Assembly: GCF_964204645.1 (NCBI RefSeq)
Contig: NC_134030.1
Span: forward strand, 10,623,947 to 10,687,946
Direction: 5' to 3'
Source of the DNA: Tubulanus polymorphus
Taxonomy: Eukaryota > Animalia > Nemertea
DNA length: 64,000 nucleotides
Part shown: positions 37,966 to 50,600 of the stretch, piece by piece
Position numbering within the stretch: position 1 is the first letter of the stretch
Layout of the letters: the number at the start of each line of letters is the position of its first letter
Position numbers and translations under genes: made by a program
The notes under the pieces: generated by a model
Told to the model about the DNA's origin: nothing
The model's input: the letters and a program-made list of their open reading frames with translations, nothing else
The model's database searches: none

Positions 37966-38840
37966 GGTGATGGAGATCGGTAGCGTACCAACAACGCAGT
38001 TGCAAAAAAGAAGTTGTATTTACAAATAGTATCGATAATTCTGGGTATTGCCTACATTTTGTAAAAGCCTTATTTCACAACCACATCTTTTTCGAACGAA
38101 ATATCATAGTGTTCTGTTAGTAATTCGGAATAAACCAGTTTTTTTTAAATTTTAGGCAATTTCGGAGAACTCGGAAGAAACTAGTGATTTTGGAGGTAAA
38201 ATCAGATTAATATCTCGGAAGAAACTAGTTTTCTCTTCCAATGTAAAATGATTTTCTAGGTTCACCTCGAGTTTTTAACTTGGAATGAACTAGTCTCTAC
38301 AGTTAAAAGCTATTTTTGAAGATTTATTCTGCGCCTACGCGGCAGGGATTCGAACCTGATGGCATCGCAAGACTCGGCCACGAAACCCATGTGCATAACT
38401 AAATATCATCTCACTACGCGTGTTATCTCACTTAGTTTGCGCAGAATTTTCACACACTTTGACTTTACACACCTTTCGACAATCCAAACCGTTTTGCGTT
38501 TAAGATAAGTAACGGAAATGATATATAACTGCGCGAGTAAACAAGTTGTCTAGAAATACGCTGAGATGCGAGTCTCCTGGAATCAGTACTACAGACCGGG
38601 GACTTGTTATCTGCATTTCGGGCTTAGTACCCAGTCCGATTATTGTAAAATTTCTGACGCTTATTCGCTGAGATGTTATATCTTATTGTTTTATAAGAAA
38701 TATGGTCCAAATCAAGGTTTCAGGGCATACACACCTCTAGCTTTTTCTGAAACCTTGCCGATTTATTACAGTTATTATGAATGTAACCATTATGTACTTT
38801 ATGTAACCTTTAAAGCGCATTATTATTTTATGATTAACTG

Positions 38841-39256
38841 TACGGAAGCGATAAAGGGCCTCGAGATGTCGCGTTCCAACTCGACAAGTCGTCATATTTA
38901 TGTCCATATATCGCGATATATCGCGTCAAGTCGACATGAATATGTCGACATATCGTGACGTTTTGACGACATATTTCGGTTTTGCGACCATTTTCCTCGC
39001 GACAAGTCGACATATTCATGACGACTTGAAACCCAGTCGTCATATTAGTGGCGTCCTCATCTTACATTTAGACGTGTCTTCAAATGACGGTTTGTCCCGT
39101 GGAAAATGGGCAAAAAAGCAAAATTTGTCGTGAAAACGTCACGATATGGCGACATATTCATGTCGACTTGATGCGATATATCGCGATATGTCGACATAAA
39201 TATGACGACTTGTCGAGTTGGAACGCGACAACTCGAGGCCCCTTATCGCTTCCGTA
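38841..39256. mobile_element. IS3EU-like non-autonomous element, copy 3
   Basis: TAC...GTA termini, 6-bp TSD TAACTG (38835-38840 and 39257-39262). Confidence 0.85.
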
Positions 39257-40547
39257 TAACTGTTATCTATTCAGGAATAAAGATGATAATAATAACGATC
39301 TATAAAAACCTCTCCTGAGTCATTAAAATCTGAATCACTTACGGCAGAACCATGGCACTACTACACCGGGTAGAATTCTTAAACTTTTTGACTCTGTAAA
39401 AACCGTTACAATAATGTTAATATACATTTTTTCAATTTAGAGTTTATTACTCAACAGACGACATTTTTGCACAGAGCAGATATTACGAGAAAAAAAAGAA
39501 AACAATTCAAGAAAATGACAGGCTTAAGTGAACATAATTAAATTCGACAGTGAAAAAACATCATGATTATGTTACTTCAATTTTATTCAATAAAAGGCCA
39601 TGCCTTTTCTTATGTAGTTAACTAGAGACAAACGCGTCTTACCAGAGGAATTCAATAGTCTTTGAAATTTTACTACGCTAACTTTAAAGGGTTCTGTGTT
39701 AGTCGATGTGCGCTTCGTCATCAATATTGGCGTTTTTTTAAAATAGCAATAATAATTATAAATTTGGCGTTTATTTCACGCCATCAATATATTGTAGCTA
39801 AACTGGTTGCCGGTCAATTCAATTCAATTATCGATCAAATTGATCTTTTAATATGATATAGTCTATATGATATTATTTATTGACAATATTAAGCAATTTA
39901 CGTGTTAACTCACGAGGCATCAATAGAAATTCAAGCTAGTTTTCTTGTCGATGCAACATTTAATAATGCACATGTATGTAACGGCTATCAATTGCCAATG
40001 ATTCAAATGCCAACCCGAAGTTACGCACTTACAAATCGTTCCCAATTCACTTTATTTGAACTCAAAAATCATTTACTCTCGCCAAGACTGATACCCGTCG
40101 TGACTTTTCCAAAAAACGAATTTAGTGCCCACTCACCTCGTATCGAAACAGGTACGCCCTGAAGGCAGAACGTGCCAAATCTGCAATTGCAGGAAGATGA
40201 AATCCGAAATCTGTGAGGTCTAAAATAGATAAGAGATCCATAGTGCGCCAAAACGGGTTGTCGTTTTTGGCGCCCACATCCAGAAGTTCGCTGGTTAGCT
40301 TTCTCGTGCAAGGCGATTTACACTAAAAATTTAATCAATTCGTGTAAAGAATTTTAACCGAATCAACGGCTTACACCAAACAATTCAGTTTGTTCACCTT
40401 TTCGTTAAAACCAGGCCCCGGACTCTGTAAATTACGTGATTAAATTCTCGATTTAAAAAAGCCAATAAATGCATGCCAAATAAGGCGTCAAAGTAAATCG
40501 TAAATGTGACAATTGAATGTTTCTTTCGTGTGTTTCTACGAATGTTT

Positions 40548-41340
40548 CTACGTGTGTTGACAATAACGACAACATCTGCAGAAAGCAACACAGCAACGCC
40601 GTGCAAACTAAATAAACTAATTGCAATATTAAAAAATGTACTTTGTAATCAGCTGGCAACGGGCTAACTCGAAGGAATAATAACTCCTAGATTCGTTACA
40701 ACATTTGTAGAATAATCAAATTTGATCACATGGAACTGACTAAACAGGACATATATATTAATTGTCGGGGAGATTATTCTTCCCTGGGAAACAAATAACC
40801 ACAAAACGTATAAAATCTGGCTCATATGATCCATTTTCAAAAAACTGCGATGATGAATATTGTTGCATTTGTTCTAACAATCGGCGGGTGAGATTTTTCA
40901 AAATTCATGTTTAATTTTCATTACATCGATTTCTGACTCTGCAATGGGAATCGCGCACATAACCCATCATTAAGGGTAAACAATGATTGTCTTGATGTAA
41001 ATACAAAACTGCGCATTCACTTTGTGGTTTTTCACAATCTACGTAGCTAAGCTAAGCTATAAATTCACCGTATTGAATCTCAAAGTATGGCATCTAGATG
41101 TAAAAAACAAGAACATTTTCATATGTTATTCACATGATCACTTAATTTTCTGCATATTCTTCCTGGCATATTATTACCGGAACTTGTTCTACCCGCACGC
41201 CGTATCCTCGATATGAAATATTTTTAAGCCATCACTAGCACATTTCAGTCTTTCATCAAGAATTACCTTCGGAATCTTGAACGCAGTGAAATACAAGAAC
41301 CAGTAGACCATAGATAAGAAGGTTTCTTGGGTTTAAACAT
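40548..41340 (-). pseudogene. Possible disrupted secreted 6-Cys peptide precursor
   Basis: Exon 41267-41340 gives M..NPRNLLIYGLLVLVFHCVQDSEG|gtaatt only if one base is removed from ATGTTTAAAC. Candidate exon 41178-41206 (YGVRVEQVP, poor acceptor). Exon 40548-40607 reads FARRCCVAFCRCCRYCQHT*. Confidence 0.3.
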
Positions 41341-42359
41341 TTCGTCAGAGAGGTATTTCCATCCGTAACAGAGTTGTTCTGATATGGAATATGTTAAACG
41401 AAACAGAGAGAACTTAAATTTATTTTTAGTTCGGTTCACTGTCAGTAACGTATATATAATTCACACGAAAATGATTATTAACACTCGCTGATCTTCATCC
41501 CTATGGACGATGCGACGCCAACCAATGTCCATTTCGCTGTGATTCGGATTTTCTGCCCGTTATCGCTGCTTTGCAGCTATATTTAGTTGGTCAGACACCC
41601 CAGTAGTGTCCCAGAATTTTGCGGTATAAGTGTCCTTATTATTCCGGCACTTTTAAGTTGCAACGCATCAGGCGCCTATGTCTCCGGTGCCGGTTTATAG
41701 AAAATATGTCGTGTCGCGTTGCGCATTTTGCGGTAGGTATATTAACCGAATCCCGCACTCTCTTGTGCTTGTAGTTCGAAATAACGAAACTGTGGTCAAC
41801 ACGATAATGTGGATAGCTTAGATTAATTACGATTGATGTAAAATGTAAAATAACATGTTATTAATTGGAAGTTAGCATAGCGTACGTACCTATGATTTGT
41901 TGAGCTAGAGAGCCTTTTGTGTGTCGCCGTATTTGGCGGCTGTCGACTATAAGGGCCTGGTAAGTGGCGTATTGTCCTTGGAATGCGATCTCTTAAAAGA
42001 CTTAATTGGTGGGGTTTATCATGTATTTGGTCACGTGATGTGTTTGGTGAATGGGGTTGATAGATCGATAATACTTGATTTGTGTGTGTGTGTTGAGACA
42101 CGTCGACACGTTGACAAATGGAATGTTAATGGCTCGCGATGTGAATGTGTCGACATGTCAACTTTCTTTGGGATACACACAAACCGAATAACGCAGTAAG
42201 CATACGCGAAGGAACTATACTGTGCAATACCCTACTTGAGCCCAGAGTTCTTTTGTATAAGTTGTGACGTTGTTTTCTTTACAAGATCGAGGATTTTTTT
42301 CACGGTGGCAAGTTCATTAGGTGACGAACGAACAATAAGACAATATCCTGAGAATTATT

Positions 42360-42790
42360 TGAGAATTGAGTATAAAATCTTATTGTATATTTATAAAGCC
42401 TTGCATGACAGTGCACGGAGTATATAAAATCATGCAATGATTTCTGTCTATACTCCAGCACGTAATCTACGGTAATGTAAACAACTTTTACTTGATGTTT
42501 CGCATAAAATTAAGCGCTATGGTTTAATACGTACTTTTACTTGCTCTGCATCAGTTTTATGGGATGCTCTACCCAATGCTATAAAATCTGCTGAATCACT
42601 ACAGCATTTTAAAACTCTTCTTAAAACTGAAATTTTCACCAGATATTTTAACTAAATTTTCTATGTGGATGTTTTAAATGTTTTGTAGGATTTAAGTTAC
42701 CGCGTATGTTTTTATATATCGTTGTGCAAAGCGCTTTAGAGCCTCTTTTGGAAAAGGGCGCTATAAAATTTTGTATAATAATGATAATAT
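42360..42790 (+). mobile_element. L2/CR1-group LINE 3' fragment
   Basis: RIEYKILLYIYKALH...YTPARNLR...LWDALPNAIKSAESLQHFKTLLKT, then a tail aagcgctttagag...gcgctataaaa(taa)n. Confidence 0.85.
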
Positions 42791-42794
42791 TCAT

Positions 42795-43320
42795 ATCCTA
42801 AATTGCATTTTGATGGAATGCGTTCAGTCACTAAAACATGAAAACCACCCCAGCGTGGGATTGATACATTTTTGTTGTCACATTTCAATAGATCTACATC
42901 ATGAAGCTTCATCAGGCAAACTCTAGCCATTATCCAAATATGATCATATATAGATTCATATGCGATGGATGTTTTGAACAATTCTAACTTGGGTCTTCGA
43001 ATCGTAGGTATTCTGGTATTTGTTCATCGTCAAAAAATGGTTTCTTTCTTAATTTTTTTGTTTTCTTTGTCGTTAGGTTGTTTATAGCATTTTCCAGAAT
43101 TAAAGTAGCTTCATACAGAAGCTCCACTTGATAGGGTAGCAGCTTCAGCATGTTTGAATTTCTGATGCACTTATTCGGAAACTTCTGTGAAATTTTTGCA
43201 GATGTCTCCTTTTATGAATCTTTCTTTTTTCTCTTCTTTTTCTGAGCTCAGAATTATCTGGGGTTTGTTTTTTTAAGGTAGTCATTAAGAAACTGCATTT
43301 TGTCGCCATAAACAGACATC
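42795..43320 (-). mobile_element. Degraded DNA-transposase fragment (possibly Academ-like)
   Basis: DHIWIMAR...SIPRWGGFHVLV...NLGY resembles the P.W.GF...GY segment of large animal transposases; interrupted by the LINE. The superfamily call is from memory only. Confidence 0.35.
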
Positions 43321-44627
43321 AATCGGTTTTCCAAGTTCTGGACCAAGTTCCTCAGTTGTGAGTTAAGATTTGACTCATTGATAAATTAACTAATTTTAAC
43401 TCAGAGTTACATGTGGAACTGGACCCAGTTCCACAGTTCTGAGTTAAAATTTAACTCCGAGTTAACTAATTGAAGATGAACTAATTTTAACTCAGAGTTA
43501 ACTCTAACTCACAACTGTGGAACTGGGTCCTGGATCTTGGGCAGTATTGTTATTAGTATCGCCTGCAGCAGCATAACAGTTAAGTCACCAAGCAAGCATT
43601 ATTCATATCTTTCGAACAATTTATTCATTTCAAGAATATAACCGTTTGTAATGATCCATCGATTTCACCCTTTAATCTGTCGAATGCAATGTCTCTTGGA
43701 TTTGCCGATATCTCTACAATAAAACTATATTTCTGACTCCAGTATCTATCTGCATCGACAGTCTGTGTGATACTGGGCTTTTGGCAATTAATTAAATCGT
43801 GACATTCAATAAGTGAAATTAGTGCGTAGTCCTTTGTTTTGCAATGCTGATTCTGTTTCGCTGGTACACATTTTCTTTACCCTCTTGCAGCTCTGACTGA
43901 TTAAACATATAACTCTTTTCTATTATGATAAATTTTCAAAACGGATTTTGCGTGGATTTGCCCTACGTCATCAATAAGGGTTAGCCTGGATCGACTGGTT
44001 GCCGGTAAATTCAATTGTCCTTACGTTCAAATTCATAATAACTTAATTTATCTAATACCATACGCATTGTCCATCGTAGTTGATAATATTAGACATTATG
44101 TTTGTGTTATTTTTCCATCAAGCCACCAATAAACTTTGAAGTTGGGTTTTCCTTAATTTATTGTTAGTTTTTAAGGTCCTTTTACTGGTTAGATTGCTTA
44201 CGTAGGCCTATCTTTGTTAAATCTATAGTGTTGATACAGACAATTTGGAAAATCACTAAGTTTTTACTTTTTAGTCAATATTCTTGAGTGTGTATGAATC
44301 GCTGAATCGCTGTTGTTAACCTGAGACTGTATATCGATCACGACGAGAGCCGAAACGAACGAATAATACGTACGTGCCGTTGAGAGATCGTTGTTTGAAA
44401 GTTTTTGTTTTCGTGGGCATTACAGGGGTCATAGATCACCCTGTTTAGATCTGGTAACAAAAAAAGAAACCACGAAGATATCTTGACTGAGTTTCACAAG
44501 TCCACCTGTAATATTGTGCGTGGCGCGTTTTAAAGTCGCCACAGTAGTTTCCAGTAGGTCACATGACTTTTGCATAAGAAAATGCGCCACAATGAAGTTA
44601 GTCTGATATTTCGTTGTAAGTGATGGT

Positions 44628-46377
44628 GAAGTTTCCAGTTCTTAGGCGCCATTTTGTGGCGGTCCCTCGAGGTCCCTATTGTTGCGATAATTTGCGCTCA
44701 TTTTTAAAACATAAGTTTAGATTGAATATCATATAGTTCTGCAGTCCCTTGCTCGACGAAATCAATTTATACACCATTTTAAAGGAAATTAAATGCAGAT
44801 ATTTGCTGGCGATTCTTGGAATTTCTGAACGCAACAATTGAGAACAGTGAAGATGTGAAACCAAGGACCGCATATCTTAACCGTGCGTAAAAGAAATCGC
44901 AATATTTATTAGTTTTAAAATATCTAAGTATCTCTTAAAGCTATATTTCCAATTTTCACAGAGGTTAAAAAGGGTTATTTGCAGTTTAAGCCTGCGTTGA
45001 ATTTTTTTGAATATCTTTCCTGACGACTGATCTGTACCCGCTTGAGTTTGAGATTACGCGCAAAAGGGGTCTCCCACTGCGCACCGCCATTTCACTGAAC
45101 ATTGAGATTTGTGAAAAGAAATCGCAAAAATAAGATTTTATACTGGTTTGTAATTATCAATATTGCTTCTGATGGTTATTATATTACCTTTATTTTCGTA
45201 TGGTTGAAAATGGACTTTGAGTGCTTTGATGAATTCGAGTTTTGTAGCGTTGGGAAATTAAAGGATTTCTTGTAAGAGTGGGGACTTTCTGTGTTGGTTG
45301 CAAATGTGGCCTAGTTGAGAACCTAATTTGCGTTTCAATCGAATGTACCACTCATGGTTGGACACTAGAAAAAAAATCTAAGTTTTTATATATTTTTGAA
45401 TATGCGGCGCAGCTGAAAGTTGCCAAACTGGACGTTGACCCCCTAAAACAGAATATCAAATTGGGGACAGATATGAACCCCTTTAAATATCATATTGGAA
45501 TTTTATATCAGTAAGGTTTTCTGGTCGATGTTTTCCAGCAAGAAGGTTGAGATTCATTAAATAAATTCATCGTATGATCCCAGAATGAGGGATTACCAGA
45601 GAGAGATATGTGTTAAATATGTCCTAAGCGTTTAAATTGACTGGCACATTTCACCATCGACTCTAAAACGTTTGATTTCACCGAACACAAAATCGGCGCT
45701 AGGCTGGACGGGCTGTATACGACAATTCCTCACTTGGGCCGTTCACACTTCAATAGCGGGACAACCCGGATCCCGAAACCAGATTAACGAATTGCCCCCG
45801 CCAAAATACGGTACAAACAAGATATGGATTATCATCTCAAAATATCCCCATGGAAAATGTGAAGAAATCAAATTGCATTTAAAAATTTCTTGTCGCAAAT
45901 CTCAATGTTCAGTGAAATTGCAATGCGCAGTGGGAGACCCCTTTTGCGCGTAATCTCAAACTCAAGCGGGTACAGTTCAGTCGTCAGGTAAGATATTCAA
46001 AAGATTTTAACGCAGGCTTAAACTGCAAATAACCCTCTTTAAACTCAGTGAAAATAGGAAATATAGCTTGAAGAGATACTTAGATATTTCAAAATTAATA
46101 AATATTGCGATTTCTTTTACGCGCGGTTAAGATGTGGTCCTTGGTTTCATATCGTTACTGTTCTCAATTGTTGCGTTCAAAAAATCCAAGAATTACCAAC
46201 AAATATCTGCATTTCATTTCCTTTAAAATGGTGTATAAATTAAGTTAATCGAGCAAGGGACTGCAGAACTATATGATATTCAATCTAAACTTATGTTTTA
46301 AAAATGAGCGCAAATTATCGCAACAATGGGGACCTCGCGCGACCGCCACAAAATGGCGCCTAGAAACTGGAAACTTC
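44628..46377. mobile_element. 1.75-kb foldback element with ~495-bp inverted arms and an internal SAP-domain remnant
   Basis: Arms ~44628-45122 and ~45885-46377 are reverse complements. The interior (45210-45330, +) encodes SVGKLKDFL*EWGLSV(fs)G.K..LVE.LI, a SAP-like motif. Confidence 0.8.
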
Positions 46378-47202
46378 TTTATTGGTTCGCGTTTCTAGTT
46401 GGCGCCTATGACGAGTCGCGTTCGTCGATAGATCAACCAACAAAATAGCGGCTTTTTCAACCGTAGAAAATTCGGGGTTGCGGTTCAGTCATGAGGCGAT
46501 TCGATTTGTACCACGGGATCGTACGCGGCTGTCGAACGCGAGTTTACGGAATTGCTTAAATAAAAATGCCTTTTGAAATGTCCCCAGAATATTATGTACT
46601 AAGTTGTGATAAATTTCCGGGGAACCTATGAGCAATTATCTAACTTAGATAATTATCTTAGTTCGATAATGGCTCGTAGGGGGTACCGTCGTGGGGTTCG
46701 AAGGGAACCATAGGCCCGCATAATATCTACCTACTATGTATTGGATATTATGCGTACATTTTGCTTACATCGCCTGTATCCTTAAACGAAATTGGATAAA
46801 TGTAATACTGAAAGACTATCTTGATACACAAGTTTTTAACAACAGTAGGAATGGGTCTCTCTACCCCACTCCCACTCCTCTCTCAAAATTAGAGATATTG
46901 CCATATCTGTTGTATAGATTATTACTGCTCTATACTGTGGGGTCGATGTACGTATATTCAATCCATGCACGTCTGTTTGAAATAAACACTAAAATATAAA
47001 CTGTTTTTCAGAATTTTATTTCATTTCAATCTTCAATAGAATTGTACAAGCAAAGAAATTCATCGTTTTTATTTGGAGGCATCGCAACCGGCTGTAAAAG
47101 ATGATCGTAATTTGTACATGTTAACTACCAGTTACATTAAATGAAAAGTCGTTCATCCCGGTCAGAGAAATTATTCCAAATACATAAACTATATACGTAC
47201 TT

Positions 47203-48000
47203 TTAGTTTTTCTTCTCCTTCTTATCTTTCTTCGGCTTCTTACTTTTTTCTTTCTTCGGCTTCTTGTCTTTGCTGCTGCCGCTGCTGCTTGATGGAGCTG
47301 AACATCTACTACATCCGCCGCATTGGCGACGGTGCAGGGCGAGCGCCAAATCGTCGCGGCCGTAGGCAACATCAGAATTGGCATCACTTCGAGAATCAGC
47401 GATCGTGACCACGACAGCTGGAAAAGAGAACAAGAAAAACCAATGAAAATGAATTGATCTTGTGAAAAAATAGTAGAGTAGACTCCAAAAAAATGTATTA
47501 CAATGTCTTACAAATTTCCTCGCTCGAATTCGTAATACCGATAACGACTCGACTGCCCGATCATTCACGTACCTCGGAGGGAATTTATTATTGGTCCCCG
47601 AGACCCGAGGCAAGCGGAGAAAAATAAAAACAGGTCTTATAATAAAGCTGATAATATCCCATAAGATAAGAAAAACACACAAATACTTGATTTATTTTTT
47701 GTTTGTTGATTAGATCGATAACACGAATATTCAACATTAAACTAACTAAACCGCCTGTCCAATCTACCTTCTATATACTGCACCTACTACTACATTTGCC
47801 TTTTATACCTTAAAGATGAGCTAACAAAATATGAAAAAAACTTGGAATTTGAATTCAGGCTAGTAGATTACCAATAAATGAGATTACTGATAATCTTATG
47901 ATTACAAAGTTCGGCTGCACCAGGTAACTACATTGTATATGTTCAAGTTGTACATACCCATTAAGACACAGAGCAGCGTTCCGATTACGAATCTATTCAT
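47203..48000 (-). CDS. Small secreted prepropeptide with a Cys motif and Lys-rich cationic tail (85 aa)
   Basis: complement(join 47958-48000 MNRFVIGTLLCVLM G|gtatgt, 47203-47417 AVVVTIA-DSRSDANSDVAYGRDDLALALHRR-QCGGCSRCSAPSSSSGSSKDKKPKKEKSKKPKKDKKEKKN*). TATATT at ~48073-48080; AATAAA at ~47015-47020 and ~46985-47075 region on the minus strand. Confidence 0.8.
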
Positions 48001-49244
48001 CGTCTTTCAAGTCGTTTGTCAGCAACGGTGAGGAGCAAAACTTTGAATGAATTTTGTGAAATATCTGAGTTTAATATATACGAATTTTCGCCGATTTCCA
48101 AAGAAACACATTTCCACTTAAACTTCATTTCTAAACAAAAGTAAACTAGAAACGCGCCGTTTGACATGAAAATGAGAACAGAATTCTGTTAGAAAATACA
48201 ATGTTAACTACTTAATCAATTGTTATCATAATTCACACAACGGTTCATCGGGTTCTTAAATATCAGTGCGCCTCGACCGATTTTTGTTGCAAACACCTTT
48301 TCAACCTATAATATACTTTATTTTGAAAGCAGAAATAAATAAACCGTTCAAGATCAAACGCGAACAAAGTCTTTTAAGGAATGTATATCGTATTTACTCC
48401 ATTCGTCGACGAGGCGACAGACGTTTAGTTGGTTCACTGGTCGATCTCCACCACCTGCCGCCGAGGGACGTTCTCAACCGATTTCATTCTGATTTGATTG
48501 TTAGTAGGGAAAACTGAATCAGGTGGCCGAGTGTTAACTGTTGTCGCAGTGACCAACCCGACGATTCGTACTGTAGAATGTTCATTGAAAACCCTGTCCA
48601 TTTATTCTCGTGAATTTCATGATGAATTCGCGTAACAGACACTCAACGATATTCTGAACGAAACCTGTGAATATATGGGGAAACTCTGATTTACTATATG
48701 GGCTAACTCAAACTACTATATTTTTTCGAATAGTCGCATTGCTGGGCTCTAAAAACGAATTCGATTCTGTGGTTTTAACATTGACGTCTTAATTGACGTT
48801 CTAGGTCGAGGGGACGGGGTTTGTGAAGCTTGGACTTTCTGGACAAGGGGAAGGGATTGTTTGGATGTGGACGTGTATGCCGAACAAATCATTTAGTGCA
48901 TTTTTGATTACTTCTCCTTCGAATCAGGGGAGTGATAGTTCACAAGTTTTCAAGATAATGTATGGAATAACAAACCGAAGTCCAGAATGAATAATAAATG
49001 ATTAAGTGAATGAACATATTTTATGCCAGGACTACGAAAGCTTATGTACGTAAGCAATAGGGGCTTCTAGTTGTTGTATTCCAACTCAACAGGTCGCCAT
49101 CATCATGTCAACATATTGCGATATATCGCAGATTTACAGCTATGTATAACGAATTGAATGTTTGTTTTGATATATTTTTTCCCTGGATCAGCAGCCTCCG
49201 AATATCGTCTTTTTTCATTTGGGATTCATTAACTACATATATGA

Positions 49245-50590
49245 TGATCAAGGAGACAAGGAGAAAATCTATCCCCGGTGCTCTTCTCCATATTTGCCGA
49301 TGATCTTGAGCCTTTTTAAGTGAACGACGTTGCCAACCGCTGTCATTCCCACTTAATCAAGATATTCACGTATGGTTTAATCTCATGATATTACTTTATG
49401 TTGACGATACATTTTTACTTGCCGATAGTGTCTCTAATTTACAGATTATGTTAAACCAAGTAGTTGAGTAATGTGACAGATGGAAATTAATTATCAACGT
49501 CGATAAAACGAAGGCAATCGTCTTTGAGAGGGGAAAGTCCACTAGGCTACCCACTTTTCATATCCGAGGTAAACCTAATTATTGGTCAAAATTTAAATAT
49601 CTCGGCATTCTTTTTAACTATACTGAAAACTTTGCTAAATGTAAAAAGGCATTATTTTTGTATCAATACAGAGGCACTATTTGCATATCAATGCCTCGTT
49701 CCAGATTTTTGACGCATGAGTTGATTCAATGCTTCCTTTTGGTAGCGAAATGGGGTTTTATAAATCAAGAAGGCGTTGAAATGCATTGAATGTTTTGTAT
49801 TGTTTCCAACGAAGCTGAAACGCGCCACACCAAGTGCAATGGTATGGTGAGCTAGGGCGATTCCCTATTGAAAATTAAAGAAGAGTAAAAATGGTTAAAT
49901 TTTGGTGTCATCTCATCATACAGGGGTCGTCTCATTCTTGTAAATTGTACAGAATTTTGCTAAATTATCAGATAAATGGCAATAGTAGTAACTGGATATC
50001 ATCGGTAAGATCGACGATAGACAATTGTGACTTCGGTTGCATTTTGGTGCGAGCAGTCCTTTCCAAACATTCAAAATTTACTGAAACAACGACTAGAGGA
50101 TGGCTTTAAAAAGATTGGCATCAATCTCTTGAATTTTGCTCGAAGTAAGACACTTATCTTATCATTGCATTGAATTAGAATGGGGAACAGAGCAATATTT
50201 AGTTAACCTACCAACGGATTTACGTTCGGCCTTTATCCGATTTAGATGCTCTTATCACCCACTTCCTATTGAAACTGTTAGATACCATAACATACCAAGG
50301 GATGATCATTTACGTACCTAATATAACATAAACAAAACTATTGACAAATTGCATTTGGAATGAAATTACTTTTCGAATTTTGTATAGACCCCAGTTTGTC
50401 ACCCATCTTTTTCACCAAATTCGGTAAATCATTAATTCAAATGATAGAAAACAGTTAAGAAAACTTGCAGTGAATGTTAGGTATTGTGCGGGAGTATGTA
50501 AACTTATATTTCCATGTATTCACTTTTGTTTTTGTGCTCGAAAAATTATGCATAATGAGGAGCAATAAAGAATTATCTAATCTAATCTAA
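49245..50590 (+). mobile_element. 5'-truncated degraded LINE (RT to 3' end) inserted just past the GPCR stop codon
   Basis: QGENLSPVLFSIF, LLYVDDTFLLA, WKLIINVDKTK, FKYLG, ELGRFP, RFRCSYHPLPIETVRY; ends with AATAAA and (ATCTA)n. The paralogous site at ~60161-60172 is empty. Confidence 0.9.
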
Positions 50591-50600
50591 AGAACAGCAC

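Noticed and set aside
37119-39305. Repeated 67-77-aa ORFs
   Set aside because: They lie within palindromic non-autonomous elements and show no transposase motifs.
40850-40890. MMNIVAFVLTIG / CDDEYCCICSNNRR before a GTGAG donor on the + strand
   Set aside because: Wrong phase for the signal-exon family, and no compatible partner exon found.
47121-47387. 88-aa ORF with poly-Ala and Arg/Lys tail
   Set aside because: Alternate frame of the Lys-rich peptide exon; the other frame is the one joined in phase to a signal exon.
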